Of a DNA stretch of 64,000 nucleotides, positions 1 through 13,089 are shown in pieces; the stretch's first letter is position 1, and every line of letters begins with the position of its first letter. Location: the NCBI RefSeq assembly GCF_009914755.1, contig NC_060942.1. The stretch is one strand, 5' to 3'. The stretch is from the human T2T-CHM13v2.0 reference genome, Homo sapiens. Both the position numbers and the translations under genes were made by a program. The notes under the pieces were generated by a model. It searched no databases. It was not told where the DNA came from and saw only the letters and a program-made list of their open reading frames with translations.

Positions 1-670
1 AGCTGGAATACATACAAATTGCAGACTGCAGCGTTCTGAGAAACATCTTTGTAATGTTTGTATTCAGGACACAGAGTTGAACATTCCCTATCATAGAGCA
101 GGTTGGAATCACTCCTTTTGTAGTATCTAGAAGTGGACATTTGGAGCGCTTTCAGGCCTATGTTGAAAAAGGAAATATCTTCCCATAACAACTAGACACA
201 AGCATTCTCAGAAACTTGTTTGTGATGTGTGCCCTCTACTGACAGAGTTGAACCTTTCTTTTCATAGAGCAGTTTTGAAACACTCTTTTTGTAGAATCTG
301 CAAGAGGATATTTGCATAGCTTTGAGGATTTCGTGGGTAACGGGATTGTCTTCAGGTAAAATCTAGACAGAAGCATTCTCAGAAACTTCTTTGGGATGTT
401 TGCATTCAAGTCACAGAGTAGAACATTCCCTTTGGTAGAGCAGGTTTGAAACACTCTTTTTGTAGTATCTGGAAGTGGACATTTGGAGCGCTTTCAGGCC
501 TATGTTGGAAAGGGAAATATCTTCCCGTAACAACTAGGCAGAAGCATTCTCAGAAACTTATTTGAGATGTGTGTACTCAACTAAGAGAATTGAACCACCG
601 TTTTGAAGGAGCAGTTTTGAAACACTCTTTTTCTGGAATCTGCAAGAGGATATTTGCCTAGCCATGAGGA

Positions 671-687
671 TTTCGTTGGAAACGGGA
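671..687 (+). promoter_or_regulatory. CENP-B box (example; one per dimer, e.g. 1013, 1351, 1689, 2026, 2364)
   Basis: TTTCGTTGGAAACGGGA matches the 17-bp CENP-B box. The consensus boxes of all six dimer types keep the essential NTTCGNNNNANNCGGGN bases. Confidence 0.95.
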
Positions 688-1179
688 TTGTCTTCAGATC
701 AAATCTAGACAGAAGCATTCTCAGAAACTTCTTTGGGATGTTTGCATTCAAGTCACAGAGTAGAACATTCCCTTTGGTAGAGCAGGTTTGAAACACTCTT
801 TTTTTAGTATATGGAAGTGGACATTTGGAGCGCTTTCAGGCCTACGTTGGAAAAGGAAATATCTTCCCATAACAACTAGACAGAAGCATTCTCAAAAACT
901 TGTTTCTGATGTGTGTCCTCAACTAACACAGTTGAACATTTCTTTAGACAGAACAGTTTTGAAACACTCTTTTTGTGGTATCTGCAAGTGGCTATTTGGC
1001 TAGATATAAGGATTTCGTTGGAAACGGGATTACATATAAAAAGCAGACAGCAGCATACTCAGAAACTTCTTTGTGATGATTGCATTCAAGTCACAGTATT
1101 GAACATTCCCTTTCACAGAGCAGGTTTGAAACACTCTTTGTATAGTGTGTGTAAGTGGACATTTGGAGCACTTTCCGGC

Positions 1180-1196
1180 CTAAGGTGAAAAAGGAA
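1180..1196 (+). promoter_or_regulatory. pJalpha-type box of A-type monomer (example; alternates with CENP-B boxes)
   Basis: CTAAGGTGAAAAAGGAA resembles the CTAYGGTGRAAAAGGAA pJalpha motif and sits at the position homologous to the CENP-B box in the alternate monomer. Confidence 0.7.
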
Positions 1197-2237
1197 ATAT
1201 CTTCCCATAAAAACTAGACAGAAGCATTCTCAGAAACTTACTCGTGATGTGTGTCCTCAACTAAAGAAGTAGAACCTTTCTTTTCATAGAGAAGTTTTGA
1301 AACGCTCTTTTTGTGGAATCTGCAAGTGGATATTTGGCTAGTTTTGAGGATTTCGTTGGAAGCGGGAATTCATACAAATTGCAGACTGCAGCGTTCTGAG
1401 AAACATCTTTGTGATGTTTGTATTCAGGACACAGAGTTGAACATTCCCTATCATAGAGCAGGTTGGAATCACTCCTTTTGTAGTATCTGGAAGTGGACAT
1501 TTGGAGCGCTTTCAGGCCTATGTTGGAAAAGGAAATATCTTCCCATAACAACTAGACAGAAGCATTCTCAGAAACTTATTTGAGATGTGTGTACTCAACT
1601 AAGAGAATTGAACCACCGTTTTGAAGGAGCAGTTTTGAAACTCTCTTTTTCTGAAATCTGCAAGTGGATATTTGGCTAGCTTTGGGGATTTCGCTGGAAG
1701 CGGGAATACATATAAAAAGCACACAGCAGCGTTCTGAGAAACTGCTTTCTGATGTTTGCATTCAAGTCAAAAGTTGAACACTCCCTTTCATAGAGCAGTC
1801 TTGAAACACCCCTTTTGTAGTATCTGGAACTGGACTTTTGGAGCGATTTCAGGGCTAAGGTGAAAAAGGAAATATCTTCCCATAAAAACTGGACAGAAGC
1901 ATTCTCAGAAACTTGTTTATGCTGTATCTACTCAACTAACAAAGTTGAACCTTTCTTTTGATAGAGCAGTTTTGAAATGGTCTTTTTGTGGAATCTGCAA
2001 GTGGATATTTGGCTAGTTTTGAGGATTTCGTTGGAAGCGGGAATTCATACAAATTGCAGACTGCAGCGTTCTGAGAAACATCTTTGTGATGTTTGTATTC
2101 AGGACACAGAGTTGAACATTCCCTATCATAGAGCAGGTTGGAATCACTCCTTTTGTAGTATCTGGAAGTGGACATTTGGAGCGCTTTCAGGCCTATTTTG
2201 GAAAGGGAAATATCTTCCCGTAACAACTATGCAGAAG

Positions 2238-4950
2238 CATTCTCAGAAACTTGTTTGTGATGTGTGCCCTCTACTGACAGAGTTGAACCTTTCTTTTCAT
2301 AGAGCAGTTTTGAAACACTCTTTTTGTAGAATCTGCAAGAGGATATTTGCATAGCTTTGAGGATTTCGTGGGAAACGGGATTGTCTTCAGGTAAAATCTA
2401 GACAGAAGCATTCTCAGAAACTTCTTTGGGATGTTTGCATTCAAGTCACAGAGTAGAACATTCCCTTTGGTAGAGCAGGTTTGAAACACTCTTTTTGTAG
2501 TATCTGGAAGTGGACATTTGGAGCGCTTTCAGGCCCATGTTGGAAAGGGAAATATCTTCCCGTAACAACTAGGCAGAAGCATTCTCAGAAACTTATTTGA
2601 GATGTGTGTACTCAACTAAGAGAATTGAACCACCGTTTTGAAGGAGCAGTTTTGAAACACTCTTTTTCTGGAATCTGCAAGAGTATATTTGCCTAGCCTT
2701 GAGGATTTCGTTGGAAACGGGATTGTCTTCAGAGAAAATCTAGACAGAAGCATTCTCAGAAACTTCTTTGGGATGTTTGCATTCAAGTCACAGAGTAGAA
2801 CATTCCCTTTGGTAGAGCAGGTTTGAAACAAACACTCTTTTTTTAGTATATGGAAGTGGACATTTGGAGCGCTTTCAGGCCTACGTTGGAAAAGGAAATA
2901 TCTTCCCATAACAACTAGACAGAAGCATTCTCAGAAACTAGTTTCGATGTGTGTCCTCAACTAACACAGTTGAACATTTCTTTAGACAGAACAGTTTTGA
3001 AACACTCTTTTTGTGGAATCTGCAAGTGGCTATTTGGCTAGATTTGAGGATTTCGTTGGAAACGGGATTACATATAAAAAGCAGTCAGCAGCATTCTCAG
3101 AAAGTTCTTTGTGATGATTGCATTCAAGTCACAGAATTGAACATTCCCTTTCACAGAGCAGGTTTGAAACACTCTTTTTGTAGTGTGTGTAAGTGGACAT
3201 TTGGAGCACTTACCGGCCTAAGGTGAAAAAGGAAATATCTTCCCATAAAAACTAGACAGAAGCATTCTCAGAAACTTACTCGTGATGTGTGTCCTCAACT
3301 AAAGGAGTAGAACCTTTCTTTTCATAGAGAAGTTTTGAAACGCTCTTTTTGTGGAATCTGCAAGTGGATATTTGGCTAGTTTTGAGGATTTCGTTGGAAG
3401 CGGGAATTCATACAAATTGCAGACTGCAGCGTTCTGAGAAACATCTTTGTGATGTTTGTATTCAGGACACAGAGTTGAACATTCCCTATCATAGAGCAGG
3501 TTGGAATCACTCCTTTTGTAGTATCTGGAAGTGGACATTTGGAGCGCTTTCAGGCCTATGTTGGAAAAGGAAATATCTTCCCATAACAACTAGACAGAAG
3601 CATTCTCAGAAACTTATTTGAGATGTGTGTACTCAACTAAGAGAATTGAACCACCGTTTTGAAGGAGCAGTTTTGAAACTCTCTTTTTCTGGAATCTGCA
3701 AGTGGATATTTGGCTAGCTTTGGGGATTTCGCTGGAAGCGGGAATACATATAAAAAGCACACAGCAGCGTTCTGAGAAACTGCTTTCTGATGTTTGCATT
3801 CAAGTCAAAAGTTGAACACTCTCTTTCATAGAGCAGTCTTGAAACACCCCTTTTGTAGTATCTGGAACTGGACTTTTGGAGCGATTTCAGGGCTAAGGTG
3901 AAAAAGGAAATATCTTCCCATAAAAACTGGACAGAAGCATTCTCAGAAACTTGTTTATGCTGTATCTACTCAACTAACAAAGTTGAACCTTTCTTTTGAT
4001 AGAGCAGTTTTGAAATGGTCTTTTTGTGGAATCTGCAAGTGGATATTTGGCTAGTTTTGAGGATTTCGTTGGAAGCGGGAATTCATACAAATTGCAGACT
4101 GCAGCGTTCTGAGAAACATCTTTGTGATGTTTGTATTCAGGACACAGAGTTGAACATTCCCTATCATAGAGCAGGTTGGAATCACTCCTTTTGTAGTATC
4201 TGGAAGTGGACATTTGGAGCGCTTTCAGGCCTATGTTGGAAAAGGAAATATCTTCCCATAACAACTAGACAGAAGCATTCTCAGAAACTTATTTGAGATG
4301 TGTGTACTCAACTAAGAGAATTGAACCACCGTTTTGAAGGAGCAGTTTTGAAACTCTCTTTTTCTGGAATCTGCAAGTGGATATTTGGCTAGCTTTGGGG
4401 ATTTCGCTGGAAGCGGGAATACATATAAAAAGCACACAGCAGCGTTCTGAGAAACTGCTTTCTGATGTTTGCATTCAAGTCAAAAGTTGAACACTCCCTT
4501 TCATAGAGCAGTCTTGAAACACCCGTTTTGTAGTATCTGGAACTGGACTGTTGGAGCGATTTCAGGGCTAAGGTGAAAAAGGAAATATCTTCCCATAAAA
4601 ACTGGACAGAAGCATTCTCAGAAACTTGTTTATGCTGTAACTACTCAACTAACAAAGTTGAACCTTTCTTTTGATAGAGCAGTTTTGAAATGGTCTTTTT
4701 GTGGAATCTGCAAGTGGATATTTGGCTAGTTTTGAGGATTTCGTTGGAAGCGGGAATTCATACAAATTGCAGACTGCAGCGTTCTGAGAAACATCTTTGT
4801 GATGTTTGTATTCAGGACACAGAGTTGAACATTCCCTATCATAGAGCAGGTTGGAATCACTCCTTTTGTAGTATCTGGAAGTGGACATTTGGAGCGCTTT
4901 CAGGCCTATTTTGGAAAGGGAAATATCTTCCCGTAACAACTATGCAGAAG
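2238..4950 (+). repeat. 16-mer HOR variant ABCDEF'EF (2713 bp)
   Basis: E dimer occurs at 3601 and again at 4276 (+675 bp). It also has a 4-bp insertion near 2830 and a 1-bp deletion near 2946. Confidence 0.9.
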
Positions 4951-7900
4951 CATTCTCAGAAACTTGTTTGTGATGTGTGCCCTCTACTGACAGAGTTGAA
5001 CCTTTCTTTTCATAGAGCAGTTTTGAAACACTCTTTTTGTAGAATCTGCAAGAGGATATTTGCATAGCTTTGAGGATTTCGTGGGAAACGGGATTGTCTT
5101 CAGGTAAAATCTAGACAGAAGCATTCTCAGAAACTTCTTTGGGATGTTTGCATTCAAGTCACAGAGTAGAACATTCCCTTTGGTAGAGCAGGTTTGAAAC
5201 ACTCTTTTTGTAGTATCTGGAAGTGGACATTTGGAGCGCTTTCAGGCCCATGTTGGAAAGGGAAATATCTTCCCGTAACAACTAGGCAGAAGCATTCTCA
5301 GAAACTTATTTGAGATGTGTGTACTCAACTAAGAGAATTGAACCACCGTTTTGAAGGAGCAGTTTTGAAACACTCTTTTTCTGGAATCTGCAAGAGTATA
5401 TTTGCCTAGCCTTGAGGATTTCGTTGGAAACGGGATTGTCTTCAGAGAAAATCTAGACAGAAGCATTCTCAGAAACTTCTTTGGGATGTTTGCATTCAAG
5501 TCACAGAGTAGAACATTCCCTTTGGTAGAGCAGGTTTGAAACACTCTTTTTTTAGTATATGGAAGTGGACATTTGGAGCGCTTTCAGGCCTACGTTGGAA
5601 AAGGAAATATCTTCCCATAACAACTAGACAGAAGCACTCTCAGAAACTAGTTTCTGATGTGTGTCCTCAACTAACACAGTTGAACATTTCTTTAGACAGA
5701 ACAGTTTTGAAACACTCTTTTTGTGGAATCTGCAAGTGGCTATTTGGCTAGATTTGAGGATTTCGTTGGAAACGGGATTACATATAAAAAGCAGTCAGCA
5801 GCATTCTCAGAAAGTTCTTTGTGATGATTGCATTCAAGTCACAGAATTGAACATTCCCTTTCACAGAGCAGGTTTGAAACACTCTTTTTGTAGTGTGTGT
5901 AAGTGGACATTTGGAGCACTTACCGGCCTAAGGTGAAAAAGGAAATATCTTCCCATAAAAACTAGACAGAAGCATTCTCAGAAACTTACTCGTGATGTGT
6001 GTCCTCAACTAAAGGAGTAGAACCTTTCTTTTCATAGAGAAGTTTTGAAACGCTCTTTTTGTGGAATCTGCAAGTGGATATTTGGCTAGTTTTGAGGATT
6101 TCGTTGGAAGCGGGAATTCATACAAATTGCAGACTGCAGCGTTCTGAGAAACATCTTTGTGATGTTTGTATTCAGGACACAGAGTTGAACATTCCCTATC
6201 ATAGAGCAGGTTTGAATCACTCCTTTTGTAGTATCTGGAAGTGGACATTTGGAGCGCTTTCAGGCCTATGTTGGAAAAGGAAATATCTTCCCATAACAAC
6301 TAGACAGAAGCATTCTCAGAAACTTATTTGAGATGTGTGTACTCAACTAAGAGAATTGAACCACCGTTTTGAAGGAGCAGTTTTGAAACTCTCTTTTTCT
6401 GGAATCTGCAAGTGGATATTTGGCTAGCTTTGGGGATTTCGCTGGAAGCGGGAATACATATAAAAAGCACACAGCAGCGTTCTGAGAAACTGCTTTCTGA
6501 TGTTTGCATTCAAGTCAAAAGTTGAACACTCCCTTTCATAGAGCAGTCCTGAAACACCCCTTTTGTAGTATCTGGAACTGGACTTTTGGAGCGATTTCAG
6601 GGCTAAGGTGAAAAAGGAAATATCTTCCCATAAAAACTGGACAGAAGCATTCTCAGAAACTTGTTTATGCTGTAACTACTCAACTAACAAAGTTGAACCT
6701 TTCTTTTGATAGAGCAGTTTTGAAATGGTCTTTTTGTGGAATCTGCAAGTGGATATTTGGCTAGTTTTGAGGATTTCGTTGGAAGCGGGAATTCATACAA
6801 ATTGCAGACTGCAGCGTTCTGAGAAACATCTTTGTGATGTTTGTATTCAGGACACAGAGTTGAACATTCCCTATCATAGAGCAGGTTGGAATCACTCCTT
6901 TTGTAGTATCTGGAAGTGGACATTTGGAGCGCTTTCAGGCCTATTTTGGAAAGGGAAATATCTTCCCGTAACAACTATGCAGAAGCATTCTCAGAAACTT
7001 GTTTGTGATGTGTGCCCTCTACTGACAGAGTTGAACCTTTCTTTTCATAGAGCAGTTTTGAAACACTCTTTTTGTAGAATCTGCAAGAGGATATTTGCAT
7101 AGCTTTGAGGATTTCGTGGGAAACGGGATTGTCTTCAGGTAAAATCTAGACAGAAGCATTCTCAGAAACTTCTTTGGGATGTTTGCATTCAAGTCACAGA
7201 GTAGAACATTCCCTTTGGTAGAGCAGGTTTGAAACACTCTTTTTGTAGTATCTGGAAGTGGACATTTGGAGCGCTTTCAGGCCCATGTTGGAAAGGGAAA
7301 TATCTTCCCGTAACAACTAGGCAGAAGCATTCTCAGAAACTTATTTGAGATGTGTGTACTCAACTAAGAGAATTGAACCACCGTTTTGAAGGAGCAGTTT
7401 TGAAACACTCTTTTTCTGGAATCTGCAAGAGTATATTTGCCTAGCCTTGAGGATTTCGTTGGAAACGGGATTGTCTTCAGAGAAAATCTAGACAGAAGCA
7501 TTCTCAGAAACTTCTTTGGGATGTTTGCATTCAAGTCACAGAGTAGAACATTCCCTTTGGTAGAGCAGGTTTGAAACACTCTTTTTTTAGTATATGGAAG
7601 TGGACATTTGGAGCGCTTTCAGGCCTACGTTGGAAAAGGAAATATCTTCCCATAACAACTAGACAGAAGCATTCTCAGAAACTAGTTTCTGATGTGTGTC
7701 CTCAACTAACACAGTTGAACATTTCTTTAGACAGAACAGTTTTGAAACACTCTTTTTGTGGAATCTGCAAGTGGCTATTTGGCTAGATTTGAGGATTTCG
7801 TTGGAAACGGGATTACATATAAAAAGCAGTCAGCAGCATTCTCAGAAAGTTCTTTGTGATGATTGCATTCAAGTCACAGAATTGAACATTCCCTTTCACA

Positions 7901-10900
7901 GAGCAGGTTTGAAACACTCTTTTTGTAGTGTGTGTAAGTGGACATTTGGAGCACTTACCGGCCTAAGGTGAAAAAGGAAATATCTTCCCATAAAAACTAG
8001 ACAGAAGCATTCTCAGAAACTTACTCGTGATGTGTGTCCTCAACTAAAGGAGTAGAACCTTTCTTTTCATAGAGAAGTTTTGAAACGCTCTTTTTGTGGA
8101 ATCTGCAAGTGGATATTTGGCTAGTTTTGAGGATTTCGTTGGAAGCGGGAATTCATACAAATTGCAGACTGCAGCGTTCTGAGAAACATCTTTGTGATGT
8201 TTGTATTCAGGACACAGAGTTGAACATTCCCTATCATAGAGCAGGTTTGAATCACTCCTTTTGTAGTATCTGGAAGTGGACATTTGGAGCGCTTTCAGGC
8301 CTATGTTGGAAAAGGAAATATCTTCCCATAACAACTAGACAGAAGCATTCTCAGAAACTTATTTGAGATGTGTGTACTCAACTAAGAGAATTGAACCACC
8401 GTTTTGAAGGAGCAGTTTTGAAACTCTCTTTTTCTGGAATCTGCAAGTGGATATTTGGCTAGCTTTGGGGATTTCGCTGGAAGCGGGAATACATATAAAA
8501 AGCACACAGCAGCGTTCTGAGAAACTGCTTTCTGATGTTTGCATTCAAGTCAAAAGTTGAACACTCCCTTTCATAGAGCAGTCCTGAAACACCCCTTTTG
8601 TAGTATCTGGAACTGGACTTTTGGAGCGATTTCAGGGCTAAGGTGAAAAAGGAAATATCTTCCCATAAAAACTGGACAGAAGCATTCTCAGAAACTTGTT
8701 TATGCTGTATCTACTCAACTAACAAAGTTGAACCTTTCTTTTGATAGAGCAGTTTTGAAATGGTCTTTTTGTGGAATCTGCAAGTGGATATTTGGCTAGT
8801 TTTGAGGATTTCGTTGGAAGCGGGAATTCATACAAATTGCAGACTGCAGCGTTCTGAGAAACATCTTTGTGATGTTTGTATTCAGGACACAGAGTTGAAC
8901 ATTCCCTATCATAGAGCAGGTTGGAATCACTCCTTTTGTAGTATCTGGAAGTGGACATTTGGAGCGCTTTCAGGCCTATTTTGGAAAGGGAAATATCTTC
9001 CCGTAACAACTATGCAGAAGCATTCTCAGAAACTTGTTTGTGATGTGTGCCCTCTACTGACAGAGTTGAACCTTTCTTTTCATAGAGCAGTTTTGAAACA
9101 CTCTTTTTGTAGAATCTGCAAGAGGATATTTGCATAGCTTTGAGGATTTCGTGGGAAACGGGATTGTCTTCAGGTAAAATCTAGACAGAAGCATTCTCAG
9201 AAACTTCTTTGGGATGTTTGCATTCAAGTCACAGAGTAGAACATTCCCTTTGGTAGAGCAGGTTTGAAACACTCTTTTTGTAGTATCTGGAAGTGGACAT
9301 TTGGAGCGCTTTCAGGCCCATGATGGAAAGGGAAATATCTTCCCGTAACAACTAGGCAGAAGCATTCTCAGAAACTTATTTGAGATGTGTGTACTCAACT
9401 AAGAGAATTGAACCACCGTTTTGAAGGAGCAGTTTTGAAACACTCTTTTTCTGGAATCTGCAAGAGTATATTTGCCTAGCCATGAGGATTTCGTTGGAAA
9501 CGGGATTGTCTTCAGAGAAAATCTAGACAGAAGCATTCTCAGAAACTTCTTTGGGATGTTTGCATTCAAGTCACAGAGTAGAACATTCCCTTTGGTAGAG
9601 CAGGTTTGAAACACTCTTTTTTTAGTATATGGAAGTGGACATTTGGAGCGCTTTCAGGCCTACGTTGGAAAAGGAAATATCTTCCCATAACAACTAGACA
9701 GAAGCATTCTCAGAAACTAGTTTCTGATGTGTGTCCTCAACTAACACAGTTGAACATTTCTTTAGACAGAACAGTTTTGAAACACTCTTTTTGTGGAATC
9801 TGCAAGTGGCTATTTGGCTAGATTTGAGGATTTCGTTGGAAACGGGATTACATATAAAAAGCAGTCAGCAGCATTCTCAGAAAGTTCTTTGTGATGATTG
9901 CATTCAAGTCACAGAATTGAACATTCCCTTTCACAGAGCAGGTTTGAAACACTCTTTTTGTAGTGTGTGTAAGTGGACATTTGGAGCACTTACCGGCCTA
10001 AGGTGAAAAAGGAAATATCTTCCCATAAAAACTAGACAGAAGCATTCTCAGAAACTTACTCGTGATATGTGTCCTCAACTAAAGGAGTAGAACCTTTCTT
10101 TTCATAGAGAAGTTTTGAAACGCTCTTTTTGTGGAATCTGCAAGTGGATATTTGGCTAGTTTGGAGGATTTCGTTGGAAGCGGGAATTCATACAAGATGC
10201 AGACTGCAGCGTTCTGAGAAACATCTTTGTGATGTTTGTATTCAGGACACAGAGTTGAACATTCCCTATCATAGAGCAGGTTGGAATCACTCCTTTTGTA
10301 GTATCTGGAAGTGGACATTTGGAGCGCTTTCAGGCCTATGTTGGAAAAGGAAATATCTTCCCATAACAACTAGACAGAAGCATTCCCAGAAACTTATTTG
10401 AGATGTGTGTACTCAACTAAGAGAATTGAACCACCGTTTTGAAGGAGCAGTTTGGAAACACTCTTTTTCTGGAATCTGCAAGTGGATATTTGGCTAGCTT
10501 TGGGGATTTCGCTGGAAGCGGGAATACATATAAAAAGCACACAGCAGCGTTCTGAGAAACTGCTTTCTGATGTTTGCATTCAAGTCAAAAGTTGAACACT
10601 CCCTTTCATAGAGCAGTCTTGAAACACCCCTTTTGTAGTATCTGGAACTGGAAATTTGGAGCGCCTTCAGGGCTAAGGTGAAAAAGGAAATATCTTCCCA
10701 TAAAAACTGGACAGAAGCATTCTCAGAAACTTGTTTATGCTGTATCTACTCAACTAACAAAGTTGAACCTTTCTTTTGATAGAGCAGTTTTGAAATGCTC
10801 TTTTTGTGGAATCTGCAAGTGGATATTTGGCTAGTTTTGAGGATTTCGTTGGAAGCGGGAATTCATACAAATTGCAGACTGCAGCGTTCTGAGAAACATC

Positions 10901-13089
10901 TTTGTGATGTTTGTATTCAGGACACAGAGTTGAACATTCCCTATCATAGAGCAGGTTGGGATCACTCCTTTTGTAGTATCTGGAAGTGGACATTTGGAGC
11001 GCTTTCAGGCCTATGTTGAAAAAGGAAAAATCTTCCCATAACAACTAGACAGAAGCATTCTCAGAAACTTGTTGGTGATGTGTTTCCTCTACTGACAGAG
11101 TTGAACCTTTCTTTTCATAGAGCAGTTTCGAAACACTCTTTTTGTAGAATCTGCAAGAGGATATTTGCATAGCTCTGAGGATTTCGTGGGAAACGGGATT
11201 GTCTTCAGGTAAAATCTAGATAGAAGCATTCTCAGAAACTTCTTCGGGATGTTTGCATTCAAGTCACAGAGTAGAACATTCCCTTCGGTAGAGCAGGTTT
11301 GAAACACTCTTTTTGTAGTATCTGGAAGTGGACATTTGTTGCGCTTTCAGGCCTATGTTGGAAAGGGAAATATCTTCCCGTAACAACTAGGCAGAAGCAT
11401 TCTCAGAAACTTATTTGAGATGTGTGTACTCAACTAAGAGAATTGAACCACCGTTTTGAAGGAGCAGTTTGGAAACACTCTTTTTCTGGAATCTGCAAGA
11501 GGATATTTGCCTAGCTTTGAGGATTTCGTTGGAAAAGGGATTGTCTTCAGATCAAATCTAGACAGAAGCATTCTCAGAAACTTCTTTGGGATGTTTGCAT
11601 TCAAGTCACAGAGTAGAACATTCCTTTGGTAGAGCAGGTTTGAAACACTCTTTTTTTAGTATATGGAAGTGGACATTTGGAGCGCTTTCAGGCCTACGTT
11701 GGAAAAGGAAATATCTTCCCATAACAACTAGACAGAAGCATTCTCAGAAACTAGTTTCTGATGTGTGTCCTCAACTAACACAGTTGAACATTTCTTTAGA
11801 CAGAACAGTTTTGAAACACTCTTTTTGTGGAATCTGCAAGTGGATATTTGGCTAGATTTGAGGATTTCGTTGGAAACGGGATTACATATAAAAAGCAGAC
11901 AGCAGCATTCTCAGAAACTTCTTTGTGATGATTGCATTCAAGTCACAGAATTGAACATTCCCTTTCACAGAGCAGGTTTGAAACACTCTTTTTGTAGTGT
12001 GTGTAAGTGGACATTTGGAGCGCTTTCCGGCCTAAGGTGAACAAGTAAATATCTTCCCATAAAAACTAGACAGAAGCATTCTCAGAAACTTACTCGTGAT
12101 GTGTGTCCTCAACTAAAGGAGTAGAACCTTTCTTTTCATAGAGAAGTTTTGAAACGCTCTTTTTGTGGAATCTGCAAGTGGATATTTGGCTAGTTTGGAG
12201 GATTTCGTTGGAAGCGGGAATTCATACAAGATGCAGACTGCAGCGTTCTGAGAAACATCTTTGTGATGTTTGTATTCAGGACACAGAGTTGAACATTCCC
12301 TATCATAGAACAGGTTTGAATCACTCCTTTTGTAGTATCTGGAAGTGGACATTTGGAGCGCTTTCAGGCCTATGTTGGAAAAGGAAATATCTTCCCATAA
12401 CAACTAGACAGAAGCATTCCCAGAAACTTATTGGAGATGTGTGTACTCAACTATGAGAATTGAACCACCGTTTTGAAGGAGCAGTTTGGAAACACTCTTT
12501 TTCTGGAATCTGCAAGTGGATATTTGGCTAGCTTTGGGGATTTCACTGTAAGCGGGAATACATATAAAAAGCACACAGCAGCGTTCTGAGAAACTGCTTT
12601 CTGATGTTTGCATTCAAGTCAAAAGTTGAACACTCCCTTTCATAGAGCAGTCTTGAAACACCCCTTTTGTAGTATCTGGAACTGGACATTTGGAGCGCCT
12701 TCAGGGCTAAGGTGAAAAAGGAAATATCTTCCCATAAAAACTGGACAGAAGCATTCTCAGAAACTTGTTTATGCTGTATCTACTCAACTAACAAAGTTGA
12801 ACCTTTCTTTTGATAGAGCAGTTTTGAAATGCTCTTTTTGTGGAATCTGCAAGTGGATATTTGGCTAGTTTTGAGGATTTCGTTGGAAGCGGGAATTCAT
12901 ACAAATTGCAGACTGCAGCGTTCTGAGAAACATCTTTGTGATGTTTGTATTCAGGACAGAGAGTTGAACATTCCCTATCATAGAGCAGGTTGGAATCACT
13001 CCTTTTGTAGTATCTGGAAGTGGACATTTGGAGCGCTTTCAGGCCTATGTTGAAAAAGGAAATATCTTCCCATAACAACTAGACACAAG
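4951..13089 (+). repeat. Four canonical 12-mer units
   Basis: Dimer-A ORF spacing is 2035, 2035, 2035, 2034; the last has a 1-bp deletion near 11623. Confidence 0.9.

Larger units (their letters stand above)
203..2237 (+). repeat. Reference canonical 12-mer HOR unit: dimers A(203) B(545) C(887) D(1225) E(1563) F(1900)
   Basis: Dimer starts are distinct: A cttgtttgtgatgtgtgccct; B and E cttatttgagatg; C gtttctgatg; D cttactcgtg; F cttgtttatgctg. Lengths 342+342+338+338+337+338 = 2035. Confidence 0.92.

Noticed and set aside
1030-1045. TATA-like catataaaaag next to CENP-B boxes in dimers C and E
   Set aside because: It is an ordinary AT-rich part of the alpha-satellite monomer, and sequence alone gives no support for promoter function.
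203-2237. DXZ1 (the other well-known 12-mer HOR)
   Set aside because: DXZ1 is pentameric (SF3) and about 2057 bp; this array is strictly dimeric with a 2035-bp unit.
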